64,000 nucleotides of DNA from Candidatus Fervidifonticultor sextus (GTDB taxonomy: Bacteria > Sysuimicrobiota > Sysuimicrobiia > Sysuimicrobiales > Humicultoraceae), in NCBI GenBank assembly GCA_031459875.1, contig JAVKHQ010000002.1:41965-105964 (forward strand), in the 5' to 3' direction. A program made the translations under genes and the position numbers. Position 1 is the stretch's first letter. Each line of letters starts with the position of its first letter. The notes under the pieces are model-generated. The model was not told where the DNA came from and made no database searches. It was given only the letters and a program-made list of their open reading frames with translations. Positions 1 to 8,893 of the stretch are shown one piece after another.

Positions 1-441
1 GCCGGTCCGCCGGTGTTTGACGTAGAACTCGTTGACCCGCCGCGCCCGGGCTTCGAGGACGCCGACCGCCACGTCCACCCCGGCCTCCCGCAGCCGCGCG
101 AGGCCCCGGCCGTTCACCCGGGGATCGGGATCGGCCATGGCCGCGACCACCCGGCGGACGCCGGCGTTGATCAGCGCTTCGGTGCACGGGCCGGTCCTGC
201 CGGCGTGGCAGCAGGGCTCGAGCGTGACGTAGAGGGTGGCACCGCGCGCCCGACCGCCGGCTTCGCGCAGCGCCACGACCTCGGCGTGCGCCGCCCCGGC
301 CCGGGCGTGGAAGCCACGCCCCACGACCTGCCCGTCGGCGACGACCAGGGCGCCGACCAGCGGGTTGGGGCTGGTCCGCCCCGCCGCGCGTTGGGCGAGC
401 GCGAGCGCTTCTTCCATCATCCTGGTGTCGTCTCCCGTCAT
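1..441 (-). CDS. ribD: Riboflavin biosynthesis deaminase/reductase RibD, 5' part (runs off the window edge; not in the ORF track)
   Basis: Manual translation from ATG 441: MTGDDTRMMEEALALAQRAAGRTSPNPLVGA...HAE...TLEPCCHAGRTGPC, the Zn-deaminase motifs; lies downstream of an FMN riboswitch. Confidence 0.95.
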   Translation of the reverse strand, partial: MTGDDTRMMEEALALAQRAAGRTSPNPLVGALVVADGQVVGRGFHARAGAAHAEVVALREAGGRARGATLYVTLEPCCHAGRTGPCTEALINAGVRRVVAAMADPDPRVNGRGLARLREAGVDVAVGVLEARARRVNEFYVKHRRTG

Positions 442-585
442 CCTGACCTGCGCTCAGCAAAACACGAACGCCCGGGATCCACAGACCTCCGGGCGCAACA
501 CACATCCGGAGCGGCATTCGGGCTGACCACCGCGGCACCCATAAAGCCACCGCGGCCCGGCCACCCAAACCCGGACTCCACGTCC

Positions 586-727
586 GACCTTCTCCCATCC
601 GGACTATACCGTCGGCCCCGGAGTTCCACCGGATCAGCCCCGCCGCACGCGCGCCGAGGGTCGCGGGCTATTACCGCCGATCGGGAATTGCCGGCACATC
701 CGGCCGGCTCACCCTGCCCCGAAGGTC
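586..727 (-). ncRNA. FMN riboswitch (RFN element) with an extra hairpin in L2
   Basis: Minus strand GACCTTCGGGGCAGGGTGA...ATTCCCGATCGGCGGT...AGCCCGCGA...GATCCGGTG...CCGGGGCCGACGGTATAGTCCGGATGGGAGAAGGTC matches the RFN consensus; upstream of ribD. Confidence 0.95.
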
Positions 728-748
728 TGCTATTCGGTTGACAGGTGT

Positions 749-777
749 AGTGTAGCATCAGAGGCAAAGAGCGGCAA
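749..777 (-). promoter_or_regulatory. Sigma70-type promoter for the FMN riboswitch/rib transcript
   Basis: TTGCCG-17 bp-TACACT with a TG extension, just upstream of the aptamer. Confidence 0.7.
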
Positions 778-870
778 GGCAGACGCGCCGGCCCCAACCC
801 CGTGATCCGGAGCGGCGGCCGCCACCAGACCGGCAGGCAACCGGCCCATCCCCTGCGAATGTCTGGCTGA

Positions 871-1551
871 GTGAGCCGATACCAGCCGCCGCCGCGCAGC
901 GCCTTTACACCCAGGGAACTCGCCATCATCGACGCCCACCGCACGCCCCGGCAGGTCCAGCACTTCCTCGACTACGGCCTCCGGTACAACCACCACCGCG
1001 TGGGGAAGTGCTTGCGCTCGTTCCGCCAGGTGCTGCGCGAGGGTGAGGTCATGTGCATGGAAGCCGCCCTGGTCGCGGCCGTGATCCTGGAGCAGCACGG
1101 CTATCCCCCCCTTGTCGTCAGCCTGGAGTCGCAGGACGACCTGGATCACGTCCTCTTCGTCTTCCAGCACCGCGGCCGGTGGGGCGCGGTGGCCCGCTCG
1201 CGGGATGCAGGCCTGCACGGGCGGAAGCCCGTGTTCCGGACCATCCGGGACATGGTCTGGAGCTACTACGATCCCTACGTGGACTTCACCGGACGGCTCA
1301 CCGGCTACGCGCTGGTCGACCTGCGCCAGGTGGGCGCCTACGACTGGCGGTTCAACGAGCGGAACATGTGGTGGCTCGAGCGCTACCTCATCGACTATCC
1401 CCACGTGCGCCTGCGCTCATCGGACCGGCGATACCGACGGCTCCGGCAGCGATACGTCGAATTCCGGCGGCAGCATCCGGACGCGCCGGTGGTCTACTAC
1501 CCCGGTCGGGAACGCTGGATGTCGGCCGGACCCACTCCGACCCGCGCCTAG
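871..1551 (+). CDS. Conserved hypothetical protein, possibly transglutaminase-like Cys/His fold
   Basis: Protein-like composition; motifs CMEAAL, DHVLFVF, WGAVARS, RKPVFRT. Confidence 0.7.
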   Translation: MSRYQPPPRSAFTPRELAIIDAHRTPRQVQHFLDYGLRYNHHRVGKCLRSFRQVLREGEVMCMEAALVAAVILEQHGYPPLVVSLESQDDLDHVLFVFQHRGRWGAVARSRDAGLHGRKPVFRTIRDMVWSYYDPYVDFTGRLTGYALVDLRQVGAYDWRFNERNMWWLERYLIDYPHVRLRSSDRRYRRLRQRYVEFRRQHPDAPVVYYPGRERWMSAGPTPTRA

Positions 1552-1577
1552 GCAGGGCCGAGCCGAGCCGCCCGCCG

Positions 1578-2852
1578 CTAGCCGTGGACCGGTGCCCGAA
1601 GCGGCCGGGCCGAGCGCACCTGCGAGAGTTCCTGGACGAGACCAACGACCAGCCTGGCCGCTTCCTCCAGATGGGCCGGCGTCACGTTGGCGGGCACGTC
1701 GGTCGGCTGATGGTAGTGGGGATCCACTCCCCGATGCAGGAAGACCGTACGGATGCCGTAGGACTCGAAACTCACGTGGTCGCTTCCGGCGGCCCGGAAC
1801 CGGGACACGGGGATCCCCAGACGCTGGGCGACCCGCTCGGCGGCGCTGACGATCGCGTCGTCGCGACCCGGGGAGGTGCCGACCATGAGCCGCTGGCCCC
1901 ACCCGACCATGTCGAGGTTGATCATGGCCACCACACCCTGCCGGCGCTCCTCGGCGAACGCCCGCGAGCCGTAGAGGCCCAATTCCTCGGCGGCGAACAG
2001 GACGAACTGGACCGTGCGCGCGGTCGGCACGCCGGCCAGGACCCGGGCAGCCTCCAGCGTGGCGGCGACGCCGGACGCGTTGTCGTTGGCGCCGGGGGCG
2101 GCGGGGACCGAATCGTAGTGGCCGCCGACGACGATGGTCTCGTCGGGCCGCACCTCTCCGCGCTTGGTGGCGACGACATTGACCGTGGAACGGCTCTCGA
2201 AGACGGTGTCGGCGACCACGCGCAGGCGCACGCGCCCCTGCTGCGCGGCCTCTGCCAGGCGCCAGCCCTCGTCTTGCGAGATGGAGACCGCCGGGATCTC
2301 CGACCGCTGTCCCAGAGTCCCGGAGAGGATCCCGGGCTGATTGTTGTAGATGACGACGGCGAGCGCCCCGCGCGCGGCGGCATTGGCCGCCTTCTCGCGG
2401 AAGGTGATGCTCCCGCGCTCAACGAGCGCCACCACGCCGCGCACCGGTTTTCCCTCGAAGTCGGCGGGCCGGCCCAGGCCGGCCACCACCACATCGGCTT
2501 CGATCCCGCCCGGCGGCGTTGATGCCGAGAAGAAGAGCGCCTGCGCGGCGATCGTCCGGGCCGAGGGGCCCAGCTGCACCACCTCGACGCGTCGGGCCTC
2601 GAAGAACGGGAACTGGAAGGTGTGGAACTCAACGGGATACCCGTATTGACGGAGTTGCGTGGCCAGATAGTCGGCGGCCTGCCGCTCCGATGGCGTCCCG
2701 GCCGCGCGCGGCCCGATGACGCCGGCCAGGTGCTGGACGTGCGCGAAGGCCGCATCGCCAGATGGCGCAGGCTGCGCCACCACCGCCGGCCCGAGCAGGG
2801 CCAGCGCGGCCATCACTGCCAGTGGAATTGACCCTGCCCGGCGCATTCGCAT
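1578..2852 (-). CDS. Secreted M28 family aminopeptidase with PA domain
   Basis: Signal peptide; GPRAAGT, PA domain (VERGSITFREK), GHYDS, GANDNASG, AEELGLYGS, NLDMVG, SDHVSF, YHQPTD. Confidence 0.9.
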   Translation of the reverse strand: MRMRRAGSIPLAVMAALALLGPAVVAQPAPSGDAAFAHVQHLAGVIGPRAAGTPSERQAADYLATQLRQYGYPVEFHTFQFPFFEARRVEVVQLGPSARTIAAQALFFSASTPPGGIEADVVVAGLGRPADFEGKPVRGVVALVERGSITFREKAANAAARGALAVVIYNNQPGILSGTLGQRSEIPAVSISQDEGWRLAEAAQQGRVRLRVVADTVFESRSTVNVVATKRGEVRPDETIVVGGHYDSVPAAPGANDNASGVAATLEAARVLAGVPTARTVQFVLFAAEELGLYGSRAFAEERRQGVVAMINLDMVGWGQRLMVGTSPGRDDAIVSAAERVAQRLGIPVSRFRAAGSDHVSFESYGIRTVFLHRGVDPHYHQPTDVPANVTPAHLEEAARLVVGLVQELSQVRSARPLRAPVHG

Positions 2853-2915
2853 GCCGCCACCCCCCGGAACGTGTACAGGATAACGACGCACCCGGCGCGT
2901 TTGTTTCCTGCCTGC

Positions 2916-3389
2916 CTACTGCGGCCGGGCCAGGTCGGCGCTTTGGCCTCCGGTCGCGCGGACCAGATCCTCCGGCGCAACGGCGAAGATCGCGGTCGGC
3001 GTGCCCGCCGCGGCGTAGACGACCTCGTACTGCAGGAGATCCTCGTCGATGAGCGTCTCCATCGGTGTCGCATGTCCCACCGGCGGGACCCCGCCGATGG
3101 CGAACCCGGTGGCCTCGCGCACGTAGTCGGCATCGGCGCGCTGGACGTGGACGGCCCCGAGGGCACGCGCCAGTTTCGTCGGATCGACCTGGTTCTTCCC
3201 CGAGGCCAGCACCAGGACCGGCCGGCCGTCGGCGATGAACACCAGCGACTTCACGATCTGCCCCAGGGTGGTTCCGATGGCCCTGGCCGCATCCTGCGCC
3301 GTGCGCGTCCCCTGGGGGAACTCGAGGATCTCGACGGACACCCCCGCGGCCTCCAGCGCCTGGCGCACGCGGTCGGTGGCCGACGGCAC
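2916..3389 (-). CDS. YbaK/EbsC family aminoacyl-tRNA deacylase
   Basis: TRTAQDAA, QIVKSLVF, TGFAIGGVPPVGH, AAAGTP. Confidence 0.9.
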   Translation of the reverse strand: MPSATDRVRQALEAAGVSVEILEFPQGTRTAQDAARAIGTTLGQIVKSLVFIADGRPVLVLASGKNQVDPTKLARALGAVHVQRADADYVREATGFAIGGVPPVGHATPMETLIDEDLLQYEVVYAAAGTPTAIFAVAPEDLVRATGGQSADLARPQ

Positions 3390-3395
3390 GGGCGC

Positions 3396-4190
3396 CTACG
3401 GCCGCCGGGCGGGAAACCGGCCGGCCAGCGCGGCCTGGACGATGGCCTTGACCTCTGGGTGGAAATCCTTCCGGAGGACCCACTGCAGGAAGCCGCGATC
3501 TCGCTCCGCGACCTCGCGCAGCCGCCGGCCGCGGATGCCCTCCGGTCCGAAGGCAAAGACGGCTTCTCCACCCTCCCAGAGGAACTTGCCTGTGGCATCC
3601 ACGGCGTCGGGATCGCGCGGCTTCGGGGTGAAAAACTCGGCCAGTTCCTGCGGGGTCCGCGGGAGGTCGGGGTAGGTGGCCAGCTGCGCGTCCAGGACCT
3701 CCAATGACGCCTCCACGTCGGCCCTGGCACTGTGGGGCTCGGCCAGATCCTTCCCGCAGTAATACCTGTAGGCGGCCGTCAGGTCACGGGGCACCTTGCG
3801 GTGGTAGATCACCTGGGCGTCTACGACCGCGCGGCCGGTCATGTCCAGGCGCAGCCCCGCCAGCGCCAGTTCGCGGTGGAGGATCGGCAGGTCGAACCGA
3901 TGGATGTTGAATCCGGCCAGGTCCGCATCGCCGATGAAGGCCAGCAGGTCGCGCGCGATCTCCGGAAACCGCGGCGCGTCCGCCACGTCGGCGTCGGTGA
4001 TCCCGTGGAAACGCGTGGATTCCGGCGGGATCGGCACCCCGGGGTGGACCCGGCGCGTCAGCGTGTCGCGGCGGCCGTCGGGATGGACCTTGATGAGCGA
4101 GATCTCCACCACGCGGTCACTCGCGGGGTTGACGCCGGTGGTCTCCACGTCGAGGAAGACGATGGGGCGCTGGAGCCGCAGGGTGCGCAC
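3396..4190 (-). CDS. DEDDh 3'-5' exonuclease (DnaQ/epsilon-like)
   Basis: FLDVETTG, HGITD, GFNIHRFDL, HSARAD. Confidence 0.9.
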   Translation of the reverse strand: MRTLRLQRPIVFLDVETTGVNPASDRVVEISLIKVHPDGRRDTLTRRVHPGVPIPPESTRFHGITDADVADAPRFPEIARDLLAFIGDADLAGFNIHRFDLPILHRELALAGLRLDMTGRAVVDAQVIYHRKVPRDLTAAYRYYCGKDLAEPHSARADVEASLEVLDAQLATYPDLPRTPQELAEFFTPKPRDPDAVDATGKFLWEGGEAVFAFGPEGIRGRRLREVAERDRGFLQWVLRKDFHPEVKAIVQAALAGRFPARRP

Positions 4191-4227
4191 AGCATGTGGG
4201 GTTCGCGTGGCGGAGGCCGGGCTCCTA

Positions 4228-5307
4228 CTAGAAGTGCGCGATGAGCCGGTGGAGGTAGCCCAACCCCGCGCTCTGGAGCAGCACGACGGCGCCGGCGACG
4301 GCGGCCAGCCGGAGCAGGCGCCGCGCGCGGATCGACTCCGCCCTCGCCTGCGATCCGGATCCAGCCCCTCCTGCGATGGCCGGGAGCCGGCGCGCCGCCA
4401 CCGTCAGACCGGTCAGGCACGTCAGCAACGCCAGGACGACCCCGTGCTTGGCAAACAGCAGCATGCCGTAGCCCGCCCCGAACGGGACGCGTCCGAACTG
4501 CGCCAGGCGGCGCTGCAGGCTGCCGGATCGCCAGTCCACCTCGACGGGCATGTTGTAGAGCGAGTTGTACACCCCCGTGGCCGCCAGTAGCGCCACCGCG
4601 ATCCAGGAGACGGCGACGAGCCGGCGCAGTGCGGAGGCGGCGGGAGGCTGTCCCGCGCCCCCCGTCGCGCGCAGCGCGGGCCACACGAACCCTGCGATCA
4701 GGAGCCCGCTCACCCACACCGCGCCGACCATCAGGTGCACCGTCAGCACCCCCAGGTTGACCCACTCGCGGCCGCCCAGGCGCACCCCGGCGGCCGTCGC
4801 GATGACCTGGAGCGTCTCGCGCCGGCCTGCGCCGGCCTGCCCGGTCACGTGCACCTCGAGGGTCTTGCGCACCGGGACGACGGGGCCGCTGACTTCAACG
4901 TCCAGCGTCCAGCGCGCCGGATGCAGGAATGTTACCGCGCCGGCATACAGTCCTGGGACGTACGGCGATTCCTCGAACGTCAGCGTGGGCAGGATCATCC
5001 GGTGGGGTTCGGCCATGCTCGGCGTCACCCGCACCGTGGCGTGGCGGATGGGCTCGCGGCTGTCCTGATCCAGGAGGCGCACGGACACCAACCAGGTGAT
5101 CTGTTCTGTCGGCTGCGTCAGGACGCGGACCTCAGGGACCGGCCGGCCGAAGCGGTGCGCCAGCGCGGGAGCGCCGGCGAGGAGGCCGCCTGCCAGCGCG
5201 ACCGCCAGGCCACCGGCCAGAGCCGCCAGCAGCCTTCCGGTCAGCCAGCGGTCGCGGCGGACGCCTACGGACTCCAGATGCGAGTCCCGGGCCGGTAGGA
5301 CGCCCAC
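4228..5307 (-). CDS. Membrane protein with N-terminal YtkA/FixH-like Ig domain and CopD-like domain (start uncertain)
   Basis: Signal peptide ending ALA-H; PSMAEPHRM...PGLYAG; HLMVGAVWVSG, TGVYN, YGMLLFAKH. Confidence 0.7.
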   Translation of the reverse strand: MGVLPARDSHLESVGVRRDRWLTGRLLAALAGGLAVALAGGLLAGAPALAHRFGRPVPEVRVLTQPTEQITWLVSVRLLDQDSREPIRHATVRVTPSMAEPHRMILPTLTFEESPYVPGLYAGAVTFLHPARWTLDVEVSGPVVPVRKTLEVHVTGQAGAGRRETLQVIATAAGVRLGGREWVNLGVLTVHLMVGAVWVSGLLIAGFVWPALRATGGAGQPPAASALRRLVAVSWIAVALLAATGVYNSLYNMPVEVDWRSGSLQRRLAQFGRVPFGAGYGMLLFAKHGVVLALLTCLTGLTVAARRLPAIAGGAGSGSQARAESIRARRLLRLAAVAGAVVLLQSAGLGYLHRLIAHF

Positions 5308-6401
5308 GAGAACCAGAAGTGGGTGCCGTGCACGATGGGTTGGAGCCGGCGGCCCGACAGCCGTCCGGCGGTCGCCTGACCCAGGATGTTCCAGGTGCTC
5401 TTCGTCTGGTCATCGGCGAACTGCACGCCGCGCGCTGTGAAGGTCAACGTCCTCCCCTCGATCACCGGCGAGAAGACGCCGGCGGCCCCGACGTCCCGTC
5501 CGGAGGCCAGGTCGGACGTGTCGAGGGCCGAGGCCGTCCCCTTCTGGAAGAAGACGACGATGGGCACCCCGCCGACGGTGTCGTGGACGATGCCCACCCG
5601 TTCCAGCCGGCTGAACGGATAGGCCACATCCTCACCCTTGATGGACACCGTCACCACGCGCTCCATCGGCCGCAGCCGGGGATCGCGCTCCCCGGTGTAG
5701 AGGAACGGTGACGAGTTGATGTTGTCGTACCCCACGTACGGGTTGCGGCCGTAGGGGCGGTTGTGCCCGGTCTCCCGTGAGAGCACCTTGCCGCCGGGCC
5801 GGGCCCCGCGAAACGCCGCCCACGAGACGATCTGCGAGGGGAGGAAGGTGAGGCGCTTCCCGGTCAGGTCCCCGACGATGGCCTCCCCCGAGACCTGCCA
5901 CCACCATGACTCCGTCTGCCGGTCGTACATCACCAGCGCGCTCCTGTAGAGCCGCCCGGTCGTGCCGAAGTCGTACTCCTGCCCCTCGAGCCGCCGGGCG
6001 AAGGTGATCGAGGTGTTGCACAGCGGGCAGAAGGTCACCGCAGCCGGCACCCCGCCGACGGTGTCGTTGACGATCTCGTGCCAGATGAGGATCTGGAGCG
6101 GGTACGCCCGGGCGTCGGTTCCCTGCTCGAAGAAGACGACCGGCTCAGCCGGTTTCAACCACCTGTCGCCCTCGGCCACGGTCTGGAACTTCGGCCGGTC
6201 GATGGCGGGGATGCCGTCCTTGGGCGGGCCGCCGGAGCGGATCTCGCCCGGGGGGACGCTGAACTTCTTGAAATTGGTCTTCCATTCGGTGGGATCGAAG
6301 ACCCCCTGCGCCCGTGCGATCCCGCCGGGCCCGGGCACGACGAGTCCGGCACCCAGCGCGATCACGCCGACAAGCACGACCCCCGATACGCGACCCCGCA
6401 T
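5265..6401 (-). CDS. DUF3179 family secreted protein
   Basis: SGGPPKDGIPAID, ARAYPLQILIWHEIVND, TFCPLCN, LVMYDRQTESWW, FWFSW. Confidence 0.88.
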   Translation of the reverse strand: MRGRVSGVVLVGVIALGAGLVVPGPGGIARAQGVFDPTEWKTNFKKFSVPPGEIRSGGPPKDGIPAIDRPKFQTVAEGDRWLKPAEPVVFFEQGTDARAYPLQILIWHEIVNDTVGGVPAAVTFCPLCNTSITFARRLEGQEYDFGTTGRLYRSALVMYDRQTESWWWQVSGEAIVGDLTGKRLTFLPSQIVSWAAFRGARPGGKVLSRETGHNRPYGRNPYVGYDNINSSPFLYTGERDPRLRPMERVVTVSIKGEDVAYPFSRLERVGIVHDTVGGVPIVVFFQKGTASALDTSDLASGRDVGAAGVFSPVIEGRTLTFTARGVQFADDQTKSTWNILGQATAGRLSGRRLQPIVHGTHFWFSWASYRPGTRIWSP

Positions 6402-6581
6402 GGCGTCGCCTCCCGCTGCGCAGATCATCCACCCGCAGGCCCTTTCGACTAGTGTCGGCGCCCGTCCCCCGGCCTTCTGTAGTCCCGCTCACATCTCCCT
6501 GTAAGCGGCATTACAGCACGGAGCGGCCGGGCGTCTATCGTTAGGTCTTGTAGCCACTCACCTCAAAAGGAGGGTCAGCCC

Positions 6582-7118
6582 ATGCACATGTCGCGCAGGA
6601 CTCTCGAGGGCCTCGCGGGAGTCGTCGTCCTGACCGTGCTTGCGTTTGCCGGGGGGTATCACGTCGCGGCTCAGGGTCGGCTGTCGGACACCTTTGCCGC
6701 CTCGTTTGGGCGTCAACTCGCCCAGCAGATGTCCTACAAGAGCCCGTTCGAAACCGATGCGCCCGACCACGTCTGGGCCCTGGGAGACGACCAGAGCGTC
6801 ACGTTCATCCACTTCGACAGGCCCTTCGCCGACGCCACCCGGGTCATCTACGTGGGGTTCGGGGTGAAGGGCCGCTGGTGTGCCGAAGACCAGGCGGCGC
6901 TTGAGAAGATCGCCGGCAAGGGGTTCACACACTTCCACCGGACCGCCAAAGTGGCGACCTGGGACGCCGGCCACGGCGGCGCCAGGGCCGGCGAGCCCGG
7001 CTACTGGCTGAAGCACATGGCCGTGGGTCCGGGGTTCAAGATGCCGTGGGGCGAGGTCAGGCCCGGCGCGACCGACACGGCGTTCATGCCCACGACGGCG
7101 CCCAGGTGCGGGTCGTAG
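6582..7118 (+). CDS. Secreted His-rich hypothetical protein
   Basis: Strong RBS (AAGGAGG); N-terminal hydrophobic segment; FIHFD, FTHFH, GHGG, YWLKH. Confidence 0.7.
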   Translation: MHMSRRTLEGLAGVVVLTVLAFAGGYHVAAQGRLSDTFAASFGRQLAQQMSYKSPFETDAPDHVWALGDDQSVTFIHFDRPFADATRVIYVGFGVKGRWCAEDQAALEKIAGKGFTHFHRTAKVATWDAGHGGARAGEPGYWLKHMAVGPGFKMPWGEVRPGATDTAFMPTTAPRCGS

Positions 7119-7123
7119 GGAGT

Positions 7124-7576
7124 TTGCCGTACCAGCGCGCGCGGGGGGCGGCGGAGCGGGCTGCCCCCCTGGTGGCCCTGGTGCTGGCCGTCCTCCTGGC
7201 CGCCGTCGGCTGCAGCCGCGGGTCCGGCCCGGGCCCGCAGGCTGGCACCCCCCAGGTGCGCGGCGACCCAGAGCGCGGCGAGCAGTTGTTTGGCGAGAAG
7301 GGGTGTATCGGCTGTCATACCGTCGGTGGCGTCGGAGGCCAGGTCGGCCCCAACCTGACCGAGGTCGGGCGCCGCGACCTGGCGCGCGAGCGGCCCGGCC
7401 GGACCTGGCCGGACGTCTCCGCCTACATCCGGGAGTCCATCAAAGATCCCCAGGCCTACATCGTGCCGGGGTTTCCCAACCCCTCGCCGATGCCGAGCGC
7501 CGAGGTGTTCTTCCTCTCGGAGCGAGACATTGACGACCTCGTCGCCTATCTGGTCAGCGTCTCGAGGACGAAGTAG
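7124..7576 (+). CDS. Monoheme c-type cytochrome lipoprotein
   Basis: Lipobox LAAVGC; CIGCH; GPNL; YIRESIKDP...MP (axial Met); TTG start inferred. Confidence 0.85.
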   Translation: MPYQRARGAAERAAPLVALVLAVLLAAVGCSRGSGPGPQAGTPQVRGDPERGEQLFGEKGCIGCHTVGGVGGQVGPNLTEVGRRDLARERPGRTWPDVSAYIRESIKDPQAYIVPGFPNPSPMPSAEVFFLSERDIDDLVAYLVSVSRTK

Positions 7577-7641
7577 CCGTCTGGGGGCTCGACAGGGCGC
7601 AGCACGGGGGATGGCGGCGCCCCGCACGGTCGGTGCGTTGG

Positions 7642-8328
7642 CTACTCCGCCCGGACCCGCAGCCGATCCAGGTCCAAGACGACGATGTGCCGGTCTTCGA
7701 CCGCAATCAGCCCCTCGTCACGGAACCGGGCGAGGACATTGGTCACGGTCTCGCGCGTCGCCCCGATCATGCTGGCCAGGTCCTGATGGGTCACGCGCAG
7801 CGCCAGCCGGCGGCCCTGCCCGTGGGATTCGCCGTAGGCCTCCGCGAGTCGGACCAGCAGTGTCGCCAGGCGCTCGGGCACATCGCGGAAGGACAGGTTC
7901 TCGATCGCCTCCTCGGCCCTGCGCAGCCGTTCGGCCAGCACCTTCATCACCCGCAACGCCAGCTCGGGCTTGGAGCGGACCAGGTCTTCGAAGTCCTGCC
8001 GGCGCAGGACGCAGAGCAGCGTGTCCTCGAAGGCCTCGCAGTGGACCTCGGCCTGCGCGCCCACCAGCGCCCGCTCGCCAAAGATGTCACCCCGCTCGGG
8101 AGGGTCATCCGGGCGGGCGATGACCTTGCCGCGCTCGTAGCGGCGCATCTGCGTGCGCTGGGCGAGCCGGCGCATGTCCGCCTCGGTCAAATCGGCGAAG
8201 ATGTTGATGTGCTGCAGGTACCAGAGTTTCTCGTTCTCGGTGGGAAGCGCGCGGGCGGCTTCGGCCGAACCGCCGGCACGAGGACCAGTCCGGCGGCGCC
8301 AGCGTTCCCCCAGCCAGGAAGCAGGCAT
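7642..8328 (-). CDS. Crp/Fnr family regulator with apparent in-frame internal deletion
   Basis: IFADL, GDIFGE, C-terminal HTH THQDLASMIGATRETVT; the beta-roll segment between PDDPPER and GDIFGE is missing. Confidence 0.8.
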   Translation of the reverse strand: MPASWLGERWRRRTGPRAGGSAEAARALPTENEKLWYLQHINIFADLTEADMRRLAQRTQMRRYERGKVIARPDDPPERGDIFGERALVGAQAEVHCEAFEDTLLCVLRRQDFEDLVRSKPELALRVMKVLAERLRRAEEAIENLSFRDVPERLATLLVRLAEAYGESHGQGRRLALRVTHQDLASMIGATRETVTNVLARFRDEGLIAVEDRHIVVLDLDRLRVRAE

Positions 8329-8409
8329 CGAGGGCACCTCTTGCACCAGCGGGTCTGCCCGAAGCATACCACACCGGCAGGGAGGGGCAACACAATCACG
8401 CATGGCCTC

Positions 8410-8860
8410 AGCGGAAATCTTTTCCTGGGAGGATCCGTTCTTCGGTCTCCATAATGGCTTCATTGGTCAAGAATCCGGCTTCCTTGAGCCCGGGAATACT
8501 GGGAATCACAGGGGCGACGCCGGAAGCCACGATCACCTTGTTTGCTTCGACTTCACGGCCTCCCACTTCCAGCCGATTTGGCCCAAGAAAGCGCGCCCGG
8601 CCTCTGATCAGGTCGATTCGGGGATTCCGCTGCAAACTCCGCTCAACGCCTGAGAAGACAGTGGAGATGACCGCATCCTTGCGGGCCCGAATGCGGGGCC
8701 AGTCCACCGCGATCCCCAACGCGCGGAACCCGAACTCCCCGCCCCGAAGCGCGGTGTGGATCGCCTTACCTGGGCGCCCGTGTCGGCGGCCCGGTTCGCG
8801 GCGCCGAGCCCGCCCATGCCTGCCCCGATAACGGCAAGGGCCGACTGCGCCAGGCGCATC
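8410..8860 (-). pseudogene. Fragmented pyridine nucleotide-disulfide oxidoreductase (MerA/Lpd-like)
   Basis: VIGAGMGG in one frame; VDWPRIRARKD...GRARF...IVASG...PSIPGLKEAGFLTNE in another; CxxxxC region and C-terminal half absent. Confidence 0.8.
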
Positions 8861-8893
8861 CCTCCACATTCTCGCCAGCGTTCGAAAGCCTCT

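Noticed and set aside
5960..6040. Selenocysteine in the DUF3179 protein
   Set aside because: The motif is plain CPLC with no in-frame TGA
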